Source: Octopus sinensis (Eukaryota). From it: DNA of 64,000 nt. Of the stretch, positions 22,700 through 36,790 are shown piece by piece (within the stretch, counting starts at the first letter, position 1; each line of letters starts with the position of its first letter). The position numbers and the translations under genes were made by a program. The DNA lies in contig NC_043003.1 in NCBI RefSeq assembly GCF_006345805.1, positions 61,938,001 through 62,002,000 of the forward strand, read 5' to 3'. The notes beneath the pieces are model-generated. The model made no database searches. It saw nothing but the letters and a program-made list of their open reading frames with translations, and was not told the origin of the DNA.

Positions 22700-24450
22700 A
22701 GGTTATAAGCAGAAGTATATTATTAACAAGTTTACCAACCATCTCACTATACTAACATCCAATCTACATTGCCTCAGCATATCTCTGAATACTACTTAGG
22801 GAGTGGGAATGTCAATATATATGCCCTATTTTGTTACAAAAACAAAGATAATATTAGGTGAAGTACAATAGCATCACAACCAAACTCTCCTGACATTCTA
22901 AACAAGCTACATCAACACATCCATAAATCACACTAAGCTAGCTGCAATAATTCTTCCTTGAATATTATAGGCAACATGTGGTTCAATGTATATAGAAAGT
23001 GTCAACTCTAGGCAAAACACATACAAAAATTGATGGAAAGCGAAGTACACCCCAATAAAATATTGACACATACAGATAACATAAATACCAAAAACTTATA
23101 TTTCCTTTTTAAACCTACAATTCTTAACAATAAATTAACACACAAAATTTAAATATGTTGCTATATAACACAAATGGCTTAAAGCTAATTTTTATGGAAC
23201 AGAAAATATAGTCACACATGGCATTCACATTACACGAAACATCACTACAAGCCCCAAACTAGATAGGACAACTCATATCTCAGATTATTCTGCAAATAAT
23301 TTGAGATATGAGCAAAGCCGTCAATGCATCCTGGAAGAAGGTCAATACAGAAAACACTAGAGGTGACACAGTAGTATCACAACTAATTTCCTTTTACATC
23401 CTAAACAATCTACACCAGTACACCGACTTTCCTAATAAAGCTATCTACAATTCTTCAGATGTCACTTTCTGCTGATCATACCTTACTACCACAACAATGC
23501 AACAAATACTGATACAACCCTCTTCTATCAGCACAACTCACTCCCATTCATGAACAAAACAAACATTTTTGTTAATTTATAAAAAAAACTACATTGAAAT
23601 TCAATGTGCCAAAAAAAAAGCAACATTTACAAAACATCACCACAATCTCTAACATAGATGCTATTCAACAAAATAATTGACATTTTCAAAATACATATGC
23701 CATAAGGCAACATTTGTAAAATAACACTCTGTTAATGACATTTCTAAAATAGGGATGAAACCTGGTAAGAAAAAAGAGTCAAACTCCAAACACATACCTT
23801 AATGTCCAGTCACTAAATGAAGAAATAACAAAGACTATAAACCTAAAATAGCTAATATTTGTAACAAAAAAATCCCATAAAACAATCAGTGAAGCAATAC
23901 ACAAAGTATCATTAGCAACTTGAAAAATAGCCTGACTTACTACATTCACAAAACTTAATGCAACATACCCACCTTCCAACAGTAAGTCACTTATCAAACT
24001 CTTGAAATTTTCCACTAAAAAGCTACATAAAGAAGATAAAAAAAGTAATCTATGTTCTTTCTATTAAGAAGTTGAACCATGAGAGTTTCCTTCCTACAGA
24101 CACCTGAACAGCTATTGGAGAAATTCAAACCCATCACTGCATGGCAGTTTTAAAGCCTAGCAAAACAATACTTGAAGGAGCATCACATGGACTCTTTACC
24201 TTCCTTCCTACAAGTAGTAATTCAGAAAGCCTTATCCTGGGCATCACCAACCAATACATTCCTTTCTCCAACCCAATATAATCAGACTACTCATTCTATT
24301 TGTCTATATCCTTGGCATCCCTTCTGTATCTTACCCCCAACACCTTACATTAAACACTTTTCCAAATTACCCCTCTCTAGAGCTACTGGTATTTACCCCC
24401 TGATTTTGCACACATTTTGGACTATGATCTGCAGAAGTGCAATCTAAGTA
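22700..24450 (+). mobile_element. Highly degenerate LINE remnant (endonuclease/RT N-terminal region)
   Basis: A/C-rich coding-like composition with scattered RT-like fragments; no open frame. Boundaries approximate. Confidence 0.3.
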
Positions 24451-25096
24451 TTAATTGCCTTAACTGTCATGGATGCTGATCCACTTCATCTAACTTATTT
24501 AGAGGAAACAATGGTAAAAAATATCAAGACTAATATACATAGTTATCAATACTATATACACAAGATGTTGATAAATGTAGAGAAATAAGAAAAGATTGCA
24601 AGACTACATTTTTATATGCCTAGATGTGTATTTGATAGCAATTGATTGTGAATACTAAACTAAAGATTTAAAATAGTGTTTCTCAAATGCAATGATATTC
24701 AATACTTAAATAATGGGAATTTTAATAACTACAATTAGTGGGATAGAAATATTTATGTTTATTTAGTGTTGCTGTGAAAATAGAACTCCAGGACAAATTG
24801 CTGGAAGTTTAGAAGCTTGAAGAGAGGATCTGACTGATTAGTTTTGTCTTTCATTAAAGACCCATCAGGAATCACCACAGATTATGAGCTGTCAAAGTTA
24901 AGAAGCAAATTATTTATTGCAAATGTAAGTATATTAAGACAAGCATAATGACATTTACATAATGGTTCAGATTTGATGGTCTGTCATTAATAAACATAGT
25001 ACCAATGCAACATAGCTGTGAATATGCATGTGAAACTCATGTTTAGTAACATTGTGAAAATAGATCCAATGTAAGAACTGAACAGACTAGTTTCCT

Positions 25097-26033
25097 CTTT
25101 ATTTGAAGATTCATTAGTACTAAAATTCTTAATACCTAACCATCCATCAGCCTCCTGTCATTATGTAAATTTTAGAAATACTTCTCAAGATTTTGCAATT
25201 TGAAAGATGAAACTCTAGGTTGTTCTATTCTCAATTCAAGCTGTCAAAGCTCTTGTGGTTTATCCACAAGGTCCATTTTCACAAGACTGAATCCATATTA
25301 ACATATATATGATCTCTGTATACATATTTATGAATGACAACTTTGGATTGGGGATATGAGAAGACATGAATGGTACATGTAGTTTGATATAAAATTTAAT
25401 TTTGTCAAAGTGAAACTTTAAATGTAACTAATCCTAATTCAAATACAGAGTGTACTTTACTGCATTTCAGAATTGTAGCATGAACATTAAAAGATTAAGA
25501 ATCAATAGTTAATGGATTTTGATATAATATTCCCTTGTTGCCTTGCATTATATCTCTGGGCAAAACTCCTTTCTCAGTGACTTGTCCTGGTTCTAGAGAT
25601 ACTGGTGTTCTTTCATGTAGATAATACTTATAATTTTCTTGTACAGAAGCTACCTGTGATCTCAAAATTGCTTCAAGTACTGTAGTGGTGCATAGCATTT
25701 TGTTAATTTAGTCACATGAGATAAACACACTTTTCTTTCTTATGGTTTGTAGTAGTAAAAGCATTTTATGTAAATATTTGTTCTAGATTTATCATTTATG
25801 TTTGTACATTAAATTTTATTATAATTCTTGTAAAGTTGACTTGTCAAATTGTATAAATAATCATTTTTCATATCAGCACAAGGCATGTGGCTGGTTATGG
25901 AAGCAGTCAAACCGACCCCCGTTCTTTCAAATCGCAAAATCTTGAGAAGTATTTCTAAAATTTACATAATGATAGGAGGCTGATGGATGGTTAGGTATTA
26001 AGAATTTTAGTACTAATGAATCTTCAAGTAAAG
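25097..26033. repeat. Near-perfect 111-bp inverted repeat (arms 25097-25207 and 25923-26033, 715-bp spacer)
   Basis: Arm 1 ctttatttgaagattcattag...ctcaagattttgcaatttgaaaga equals the reverse complement of arm 2 except at 3 transitions. Confidence 0.95.
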
Positions 26034-26399
26034 CAATTGGTTGACAATCTTATTTTCCTGCTTTGGACTTCCTTTTATGTTCCCATTTTGTCATTGTTTA
26101 CCAATAGTCATCTTTATACATACTTATGATATGAAATTATTTTCACTTATTTTGACAACTTTGTTCGATATTTCAGGTATTTTGATCCTGAAAAATCCAA
26201 CCGATAAAAGCAGCATTTACATGTCAGATATTTTGTCAGTAAAAGGTGACAAGCACAAAAATACAAATTCTGAAAATAATTTTTGCACATTCTGAATTTC
26301 TGACATTCAAAACATAAAGATCTGAAGATTATTTGAAGAAATTAATAAGTTAAAAGTTAGAATGAGTCATTACCTACTCACTTTCAAGTATTTACCTAT

Positions 26400-28450
26400 T
26401 TGTTTTGGTAACTGAGAAAAGCCAAGATAGATTTTTATAGTCCCACTTTTAATTATGCCTCTGTTTAATATACCATTTAATGCGACTCTTCCTGTAATTT
26501 CTTGCTTCTATTTTCCTGTCTTACATAATCCTGAAAGGTTAAGAACTGGCAGAGTCATTATGGCATTAAATACAATGTCTTGTAGAATTTGTTCCAACTC
26601 TGCATTTTTGCTTCAGATGTTGCTGAATTCAAATGTACCTGTTATTGTTGGTGTTAATAAATAAGGTTCTGGTTCAGTCTAGTGGATTGATGAAGTTGCT
26701 AAAATATCAAACAAGATGCCTTGCTGTATCTGTTTCAGTTCTTTGCATTCTGAGTTCAAATATCAGCTCCTACCACTGCTTTCTTCATTGAAGGAAATGG
26801 ATCATTTGGGATCCAGCTAATAGCGAAAGGCTTTCAATGTCAGATAGAGCAATGCATTCATTGGAGCAACATTTTGGTTGTATCAATAAATCAAGAGGAC
26901 TCTGCTTAATATTAAACACTAGGTCAGTAAAAGTCTTGAGAAAGAAAGAGAATTACTTTGTTTACAGTTTAAACAGCAATTCTCTTTTACTGCTTCTACT
27001 CTACTTTCCAATCCATTGTTCCCTAACTGAAAGGCTGGATACTTTAAGAGCTAAGATCATTGTTTTGTGTCCATGCAATTTTAAAATTTGATGTTTCAGA
27101 TCTCAGGTGATTAAAAAGCATTTCTTTGGTTGAGCTTAAGAGCAGATGCCATCTGAAAACTCTGGGCCATCTTTGACCTTTATTTATTGTTCTAGAAGCA
27201 AACAACATATAACACCATCTTTGACATTGAATAAAACAGACTTTAGCAGGCAGATCCATCATGTCATTGCAATGTGACTGTAAAGTAGTAAGTCATAGTA
27301 TTTATTCACTAGGTTCACTATTATACATCACAGTACAAAGATTATAGCATTATAGTTGTTCCCTTTGACTTGTAAATTCTGTTTCTTTGGGATTTATTTC
27401 CTGCATTGTTAATGTTCTCTAAGTAAATAGAAATATTTAAGTGTTGGGCAAAATGTTTGCCTGAGCCTTATATCTTAACAGTTCACCTTTTTCTTTCAGC
27501 ATAAAGAAAGCATTATATGCAGCTTAACATCCTCATTCATAAATATATACATGTTTTCTCCAGGTCCCTGCATTTAGGAAAAATTTCTTGAAGCTTGATT
27601 TTTTAAAATGATTGTATTGCATTATGAATAAGCACAGCTCTCTTAATTACAGCTCACTGCTGTAAGTTGCTGAGCTGTATTGATACCATGATTATCATTA
27701 GTATCCTTACCATTGTCAGCATTGTAACATATTTTTCAGTACTGATATTGGATGGGTAGCGATATGGCATATAAGCATATGTCTTATTTCTGCACCCTCT
27801 TATATTTCGGTCCCAACATTCTCAGATCTGATATTTCTATTTGTGTCTTGTCTGGTTTGTTTATTCTGATAGAGCTTTCAACCAGCAAATGTGACCTATT
27901 TCTCTGGAAGGTCTATACTAGTGTGGTTCCATCAATGCACATTGGCCAATACTTTTAATTTTATGTTGCTTTTGCAGTTTCATTGCATTCAATTTTTTAG
28001 GCAGTTTAATATTGCACAACCAACAAATCATTCTCAATAAATCTGAAAATCTCTGCAGATTTATTCTAGGTTCCATATTTCACCACTAGGGAACATTCAT
28101 CTTCTTACACATGCTTTCTTAATGTTGTAATTTCTGAAGACCAATGGATTCTCTGTGTAAAAGGCTTGCAAACTGAGGCATGGATAAGGAACAAAATGCT
28201 ACATATCAGTAAACACAGGCACTAATTGTAGAGTGTTTACAGAAGTTGGGGAGGAAGGATATGTGTATACATTGATTGTACAACTGTCATTAGAATGAAA
28301 GGCAGGTAGATGTAAAATGAAGTGGTTTGACATAAAAATGCATCTACCAGTAATGTTACAACTAAGTGACCTATGGCATGTGGGTAGTCAGCCAAATACT
28401 TAAAGATGTTAGTCTGTGCCAGTGCATGCAGAAGTGGTGGTTGTACTGTT
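26400..28450 (-). mobile_element. Ancient RTE-like LINE remnant
   Basis: Broken minus-strand translations such as KNAELEQILQDIVFNAIMTL, plus endonuclease-like stretches. Boundaries approximate. Confidence 0.4.
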
Positions 28451-31400
28451 ATGGATATATGATGTGGATGGATGACATCTGATAGTTTAAAAAATGTTGT
28501 CTGATGGTAGTGGAAAGTAACAAGAAAGCAAAGGAAGAAATAGAAAGTAAGAAAAAAGATATGGGAAGATCCAAGAGTGTTAGATCTCACTGCAAATGGC
28601 ACTGTGTAGTATATCTTGCCAAATTAATGTTTACATAGAAAACCTAAAAGGGTGCTGATTTTGATGTTGATATTTGGAAGATATTGTATTAGAAAATCAC
28701 CTGATTTTAAACATATATTTGGATAATCATTAAAATACAATTAACATGCTGAGAGTTAATATTTATGATTCAATGGAAGATAACATTTTCAAATTAAAAT
28801 GCTCCCAGAATTTAAAAAAAATAACAATTTGTGATGTTGTGACTATGAATTCATGAAAAAGATTATAGATATGTCATAAGGCATTTAAGAAATTGAGAAT
28901 TACTAAATTATAACTTTTAAAAAAAAGATGGTGCATTTAATGTTTTAGATGAGCTTTAAATTTCTTGATTTTATTTTCCCCCTGGTATTCTTCTGTATGA
29001 ATTAAACTACTAAAATTAGTGTTGAAATAATTTTTTTCAAGCAACATTGATCTGATATCCTAAAACTGTGTTATGTGATGTGTGTCTAATTATAACTGGA
29101 ATAGAATAAAAGTTGTTTTTCATCTTTGGGTAACTATCACATTCAGTTCTATATTATATTTTTGATAAATTTTTTGTCTGCTGTAATTTTGATTAAAAAG
29201 TGAAATGAAAATCATTAATGCTCAATAGTCAATTGAATGTTGCTTGTTATAGTGTAACAAGTGAGAAATATTTTAATTACTCTGTTGTGCAAATCTTTTG
29301 TATTCTGTGAATTGAAATATTGCTTTGTGAAGTTTAGCTGTGCTAGATAATTGTTATTTTTTCAATCATTAAGATCGCTTTATATACATATATCTTGAAA
29401 TTTCTTGTATAATTTCTCAAAATGTTTTTCTAAAGGCTATACATACACAATTACCTTTTGTTATTAGTTATTCAAGAGGAGTGAGTTGCACTATTTGTGC
29501 ACCTCACCATCAGTCTTGATGTTTTGGAGTATTTAATTACACCCATTTATATTTTGAGTTCAATTCCTACAAAAATCTGTATGAGTATCAAGATATACGG
29601 TAGCTCAGTTCAGTCACTGCTTTTCTTTCTTTCTTTAATATAGAACTGTGTACCAAAGAAATCAATAATAAATTATTGTATGAAGTAGAACAAACAACCA
29701 GTTTTGTAGCCATTATTCTTATAACTATTTTTTTTTTAAATGGAAACAGGTTCTAAGATGCTAAGTTTGGACCATTTTATTGCATATAAAGTAATATAAA
29801 AATCTGAGATGGAAAAATCATTATATACTGCAATTTTGTTTTTGAGTATTATAGACAATCAGAAAAGATGATTCTCCCATTAGGCCCATTGTCTGTAAAG
29901 AGAGATATAAGTAGCAATAAGTGTTGTAATGCTACACTGAAATATGTAAATGTACATTTTCATTAATGAACATTAATGAACATGAATATATAAGATTTTC
30001 AATTGCCAAAAATAAAATTTATTAAAAAATATATATATTTTAGAATTTATAGCTATTTGAAAATATATTTATTTGAAATAATTATATATATTTTTTTATT
30101 TCAACAACAATTTAATGATTTAAATGAATCTATTTATTCAACACCACAGGAATTTTTCTTGTATTTTAGAATTATCTTTTGATTTAAGGTAATTCAGCTC
30201 CTGCTCTATTGTAATTTTATGTAATTTTAAAATTTAGTTCCTGCTGAAGTACTTTTTACTTTTGGAAAAATAGTTGTTGCCACTGGCATGGATAACCAAG
30301 TCAAGCCCTCACCCTCCAGTAATGCAATAAAGTATTGAGTGAAAGAAAAGTCTCACAGAATGTGAAAGAACATTTCCATTTATGTATGTATTAGATAACC
30401 CAGTTACATACACATATACACATACACAGATCTATGCGTGTACATTCAGAAAAATTCTAATTTCTCTAATTTGGTACTGATGGGCTTCCTAGGAAATATC
30501 ATAGCTGACATGATTTTAATCAGCACTATTTTTTCTTACAATTATATTTTTATTTTATCAATAGTTTATAATTTTGATAAATTCACTTACATATGCACAC
30601 ATGCTGACCTATCACAGACAGCTAAACAAGTGACTGAGTGACTGAAAATATCACCTTGGACATGTAACTTCACATCCTCCACGCAACATTAATTACTCCA
30701 AATGATCTGCATGTAGTTGTAGCAGTACAGGCAGAGAACATAACCTACAATTTCTAGGCAACTCGTACTTCCACAAGCTGAGTGGCTTTTATCCTCTGCT
30801 GTAACTCCTAGAAGTCAAAAGATATTTTTAGGATTGATAGAGAATGAAAGCTCTCTTTTTTCTCAAATTGTAATCAGTCCTCTTGATCCCTTGCCAAATC
30901 TATTACTGCCACTTTGTGGAACTTTTGTAGCCACCTTTCTTCATCTCAGAAGGCTCTCATGGAGAAAGGCTATTTGCTTTGTATTCCCATCTACACTGCA
31001 CCGCTATAACAAAACTCCTCTAAAACATGCCTTCTTCCCTCTCCACCAATCTCTCTAATGCATATGCATATACATTAAGTATGAAGACATCTTCAGTTGC
31101 TTCAAACCAGCAAGATCACTAACACTGTCCCTTCCATTACTCTCAGATTGTGTACTCCAGTCAAAATATTCTCCCTGCATAAGTCTTTAATCAATCTCTG
31201 TAGAGATCTGCCTAATTTTTGGAAATCTACTTCTGTGTGTCCAACATTAATCTATCACTCTTCTAACATCTCAAAAGTGATGGAAACTATTGCTGAAGTT
31301 GAACATAAACTGCATTAATCTCACCTGTTTTGCTGAACCAGCAAAAGTCATGGATACATCTCTACACCTTCTAAGTCCTAAAAATATATAAGTTGATCGT

Positions 31401-32249
31401 CATTTGCTCATTATTTCTATTATTCATCTTTTTATATCTAATTTGTTTAAATTTTGAGTTAGGAATTGACTGGCCAACAAAACAAAATGCTTTGTTTTGA
31501 AACAAAACAATAAAAAATGTATAGTAAAGAAAAATAGGGTAGAAATAAATGTATAGTAGGGTAAAGTGAAATTTGGAATTTTCTTATTATAAACCATTGC
31601 ATTTGAAAATTAATAGTATTAAAAAAATATTTTAATCAGTTCAAATTAATATACAAGCTGATGTCACACATCCTACCATCATGCAAGAATAAATGTAGAA
31701 AATGATGTAAATTATTCCATCTGACATTTGAATGGCTATTTTCCTGCAGCTCATGAATCTATTACCGTGAACATTTATTTTACCTTATCATGCTAATATA
31801 AAACATACTGCTTGAGAAAGAATATACAAATAAGGCCGCACACATTTTCTTAATTTAAATAAAATCAAATATGCAAGTCTAGATTAAAAAAAAAATCATT
31901 GTTGTATTAAAAGAGATATTTTAATATTTTCATTTTATAAAAATAGTCTTCCAAAAGTGTGTTAACCTCTTTGATTATCTTAGTTATTTCTGGCACTATG
32001 CTATTCATAAAAAAAACTATACCTGACTTCAGTAAAAAGCAAATAAAGAGGTACAGTAATTTGCTACGAGGAGCAAGCAGGTAATATCTAATATTATGTG
32101 CAAAGTCTTTTGTATCTGTCATTTAATTAAAATTTTTAGAAATAAGACAAATTTCTATTGTTATTTTGAAAATTATTTTCTTAAAGAAAATTATTTATTA
32201 CATTAATTTTCCTTTCATCTAGAATGATTCAGTATCTTTCATGTGTTGG

Positions 32250-33350
32250 GTGGCCTTAAATGACAGTATTATGTACATTTCTAGCACACCACCATTACTA
32301 GAGTGCAGAGGGTGTTGTAGTTGCTGTAGGAAAAAAAAAAGAAAAGAGAAAAAACACACACAGAGTAGGAAGACAGTACAGTTATAGGCTAAAGGCTGAG
32401 GTGTGACTTCTTGGCAATCAGTTGGTAGAAGGAGATTCATGCGATTAGTAGGAACACTAACATGTAGGAACAATATTCCATTGTGAGTTTCACATGAGCT
32501 TTCAGGAGAATCAGTAACGGTTTAGAACTGAATTATTTTCCAGTCCTGAATAGGAAGGCTGGTTTATGGGACACAATTTTGCTTTGTTAAATTTGAGATA
32601 GCCAGATTGTTAGTGATTGTGAGGTATAACATCATAGTAACTTTGAAGTGGTTTGTTCCATGTTGTCCAAGATTGGAAGTGATGAGATACAAGAGTGTTT
32701 CCTTTATATGAGCAATGACTGTACTGTTGTTCTGTTAAAGGAGACCAGATTGACACAGTCTCATTGGAGAATATATTCAAGTTCTTTTGTTAATAAGGTA
32801 TGGTTGGTTTGATGGGAAGATCCTGGGTTGTGTATAGTTGAGGTGTCCATGTTGTGCCTGCATGTAAAAGGTTAAGAAGGTGTGAAGATTTGAATTCTCT
32901 ATTTAGGAGTTAGTGCTATTAGAGGTAATTGTAAGTATGTTGTAATGCATAAGAGGAAAAATGTGAGGGGAAAAGAAAAGCATAGAGCAATGTTGATAAC
33001 TTGAGTTAGACAGAGACCCATCTGTAACAGTTCAATTTGACTGAAAGCTTTTAAGATTAGACAGATGGAGGCCATAGGCTGTAGATTACAATTGAGATAC
33101 TCATTGCTGACTTGTTTAGATGCTGAAAAATGCAACAACATTGTTTTGCTGAATTTCTCAAGGACAAAGAGTGATGCAGGAGAGCAATCTTGGGAATCTA
33201 GCTCTACAGAGGAAAGTGGGTAAGTGGAGATGGAGAAAATGATTGTTGACAACTTTTCATCATCTTTGATATGTAGGAAATGAGAGCAATTGCTTGTAGG
33301 ATTAGAATTTGGTGGTTTTGGAGGAAGGATATACTGTAGCATGTTTCTAA
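32250..33350 (-). mobile_element. Ancient non-LTR retrotransposon RT C-terminal remnant
   Basis: Minus-strand fragments resembling FNASKTQ (FSASKQV) and YKAQVRPxMEYCS (LLKAHVKLTMEYCSY). Confidence 0.45.
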
Positions 33351-33382
33351 AGATAGGGATATATCCTGCAGAGAGAAAGATT

Positions 33383-33570
33383 AAGGTGGCAAGCTGGCAG
33401 AAATGTTAGCATGCCAAGCAAAATGCTTAGTGGTATTTCATCTGTCTTTACATTCTGAGTTCAAATTCCTTTCAGAGTTGATAAATTAAGTACCAGTTGC
33501 ATACTGGGATCAATCTAATCGACTGGACCCCTCCCCCAAAATTTCAGACCTTGTGCCTAGAGTAGAAAAG
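33383..33570 (+). mobile_element. CORE-type SINE
   Basis: aaggtggcaagctggcagaaatgttagc...gataaattaagtaccagttgcatactgggatcaatctaatcgactggacccctccccc. Confidence 0.85.
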
Positions 33571-34143
33571 ACAGAAAGATTGAAGTGTTTGGCTTGGGAG
33601 TTAGCTTTGGATTGCATTGTTTAAGGGCAATGAAAAGAACATTGTCCTGACTGGTTGACTTGTTTGAATGGAAGTGACAGGAAATATTTTAGCACTTGGT
33701 GTATGCACTGTGGAGTGAAGGCAGAGTGATTTGGAAGAATTATGTAAAGTGTATGCATTATGGAGGTGATTGCAAAGTAGGAAGTAGTATCTGTAGAAAT
33801 ACAGCTTACAGTGCTCTCATGGCTGAAGAATAGCTGACAGGATGATTCCAAGTTGGTGTGCATTTTTTATGTAGAGTCTAAAAGGGTTAGCCTCAATTTG
33901 AGAGGATTGGGAGATTGCAAGCTTTGAGGCACTCGAATGCATTGTACAAACACATTGACTTATGAACACATGATTTATGGTGAAGAGGAGAAATAGAACT
34001 GTATGAATGATTTTTCAAGTAAAGAAAAGAAAAACAGTCTAATAAAACAATAAATTCCATTCCATCTTGGGGAAAATGGATGTAATGTCACTGATTATGA
34101 TAATTGACCAAAAGTTTTAGACAAAGTTATAAGAGTCATTTAT

Positions 34144-35620
34144 ATGTATATACATGATTACCCCTGGGAGCCCCTCTATGCTGATAACCTGGACCTCATA
34201 GCAGAATCACTACTAGAACTAGAGAAGAAATTTCAGGTGTGGAAGCAAGGTTTAGAATCGAAGGCCTTTAGAATCAATGTAGCAAAGACTAAAGTTCTAG
34301 TAAGTAGGAAGGTGAACACATCACATACCCGCTTCAGGTAGGTGGCCCTGCTTGATCTGTAGAGAAGGTGTTGGCAGAAACTCCATAAGATGTACCCAGT
34401 GTAAGCTATGGACACATAAGAGGTGCAGCAACATTAAAGGAAGATTAACCGGGAAGATAGCTTTCGTGTGTGGCAGATGCACAGGGGCAATAAACACCTA
34501 AGATGCTCAGAAAACAGATTCCATCTCATGCCAGGGGAAGAAACTAGACGTAGTTGATAGATTCCGCTACCTAGGTTACCAAGTTCGTAGTGGGGGTAGA
34601 AGCTCAGAGAGTGTTACCACTAGAATAAGAATAGCCTGGGCAAAGTTCAGAAAACTTCTAACCTACTGGTGACAAAGGGCCTCTCACTCAGAGTGAAAGG
34701 TAGCTTGTACGATGCATGTGTGCGAACTGCCATGCTTCACGGCAGTGAAACATGAGCCATGACTGCTGAAGACATATGTATGCTCAAAAGAAATGAAGCT
34801 AGCATGATCCTCTGGATATGTAATGTCAGTGTGCACACATGACAAAGTGTAAGCACCTTGAGAAAAATTTTGGACATAAGAAGCATCGGATGTGGCATGC
34901 AAGAGAGATATTTGCATTGGTATGGTCTTGTACAACAGATGGGTGAGGAGAGCTGTGTGAAGAAGTGCCACTCCCAAACAGTGAAAGGAATCTGGGGTAG
35001 AGGGAGACCCAGGAAGACATGGGATGAAGCATGTAGTAGTGAAGTATGACCTTCGAACATTGGGCCTCACAGAGGCAATGACAAAGGACCAAAGTCTCTG
35101 GAGATATGCTGTGACTGAGAAGACCTGGCAAATAAAGTGAGCTCACAGCTGTAACCCACACCAGTGTCACATAAGCAGCCCATTCAAAAGTTCCTTGGAT
35201 CGTAGGGTGACATGCCATGCTTGAGGAGACCTATTGAGTCAAGTACATCAAAATCAAATCAATTTACATTCAAATGGAAATTGTAGTTGTGATCCCTGTG
35301 CCAGTGGCACGTAAAAAGCACCATCCAAACATGGCTGATGCCGGCGCCGCCTTGACTGGCATCTGTGCCGGTGATATGTAAAATGGACCTCCGATCATGG
35401 TCAATGCCAGCCCCTCTGACCCCTGTGCTGGTGGCAAGTAAAAAAGCACCCACTCCACTCTCGGGGTGGTTGGCGTTAGGAAGGGCATCCAGCTGTAGAA
35501 ACACTGCCAGATCAGACTGGAGCCTGGTGCAGCCTCCTGGCTTCCCAGACCACAGTCAAACCATCCAACCTATGCCAGCATGGAAAAAAGAAGAATTTAA
35601 ACAATGATGATGATGATGAT
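34144..35620 (+). mobile_element. 5'-truncated RTE LINE (decayed ORF2, 3' UTR repeats, (GAT)n tail)
   Basis: YPWEPLYADNLDLIAESLLELEKKFQVWKQGLESKAFRINVAKTKVLVS; LHWYGLVQQM; GRGRPRKTW; tail at 35604-35620. Confidence 0.92.
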
Positions 35621-36479
35621 TGCAAAAGAACCCTGTTTTTCACTGACTTTTCTTTAGTTAAAATACACATTCCCTAATGGGAACTTCCTACCTGAAGTAA
35701 TGAATAAATCCAATCTTTCCTCTGGCTTACAAATAATTAGAATGAATGTGTAAGACAGGAAGAGCAAGGGATAGTGTCACTTTTTGGAAGATGAGTTTCT
35801 TTTCGCTTGTCTGACCAGTTCAGAGTAGCAGCCAAAGTTTTTACAAATCACACTCTGCTATCTTAAAAAGTGGCTATATCGAACAACAGAATTATGACTA
35901 GAATGCCTGCACATACTGTATAGGCTAGTGTATAAGACACACTCTTGTAGAAGATCTACAATGATAATGTTTTGAAAAAAATAGATAATTTTAGTTTTAT
36001 CAAATATTTAGTGAAAGATATTTTGAAGTAGTTTTGTTGGGGAAATTGTATGAGTCTGTGCATGTAAATACAATACAGTGACAGTGTACTAGAATAAAGC
36101 TTAAAATCATATAATGTAACTTTATACTAACCTTTAAAGGAAACTAAATTAAATTTGCCATAGCTAATAAGAAATATATTGGTATTACTAAATCTTGGTA
36201 CATGCAAACAAAAGTACATACACTGGTTGAAAATGAAACAACCAACAAAGTACAATAAATCTGAAAGAATTTGTATTGATAGTTACAGTACATGCAGACA
36301 AATCAAAATTTCATTGAATATTAGTATACAGATGCAACTGAAAAACAAAAAAAATTAATGCAGTGAACAGTAGAATCTACTGTACATAGCAAGAAGCACA
36401 AAATCTTGGAAAATAGTATCATAAAGGTTTATTTAATAAACATTCACAAAACCTAGAAAATTTTAATTTCAGAAGGTAA

Positions 36480-36790
36480 ATCAGCATCCTCATTCTTATT
36501 AATGGTTTCTCATTAACTGGTATCTTTATCACTGGAATTGTCTGTGATAGAATCTGGGTCAACAGTATCTCTTTCAAACAATGTCATCATCAATACCCTC
36601 AAAAGCATTACTAATACCAAGATTTTTAATGATTTCACAAGTATCTTTACTTCCACAGCATTCCAAGGACTTTTCACTAACACAAACATCTGTGTAACAG
36701 GCTTCTTCCTTCTTCATATCTCTTTAAAATCTGAAGACTGCATCCACTTGCTCCACACCTTCCACTCGGATACTTTCAAAGTTGTAGACT
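36480..36790 (-). mobile_element. pogo/Tigger-like transposase C-terminal remnant
   Basis: Frameshifted WNAVEVKILVKSLK-GISNAFEGIDDDI followed by an acidic tail; resembles the pogo KSFxKCGISNALDGTEDD motif. Confidence 0.5.

Noticed and set aside
24461-24490. VMDADP, resembling the SPO11 Toprim DADP motif
   Set aside because: Context does not match LVDADPHG, there are no splice sites, it lies upstream of exon 3 (wrong order) and it sits at the edge of a LINE remnant.
22245-24925. Isolated + strand exon-like segments (AIDLNKWTARYLQEDT at 22245-22293; PSGITTDYELSKLRSKLFIAN near 24860-24924)
   Set aside because: Splice-like ends but no recognisable homology and no consistent chain of phases with SPO11.
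32219-32360. Very strong minus-strand polypyrimidine tract plus ctacag acceptor
   Set aside because: It is a low-complexity expansion inside a decayed LINE RT, and all frames stop shortly afterwards.
36367-36384. Palindrome ACAGTAGA-A-TCTACTGT near the pogo remnant
   Set aside because: Could be collapsed TIR ends or an excision footprint, but 8-bp arms are too short to support a call.
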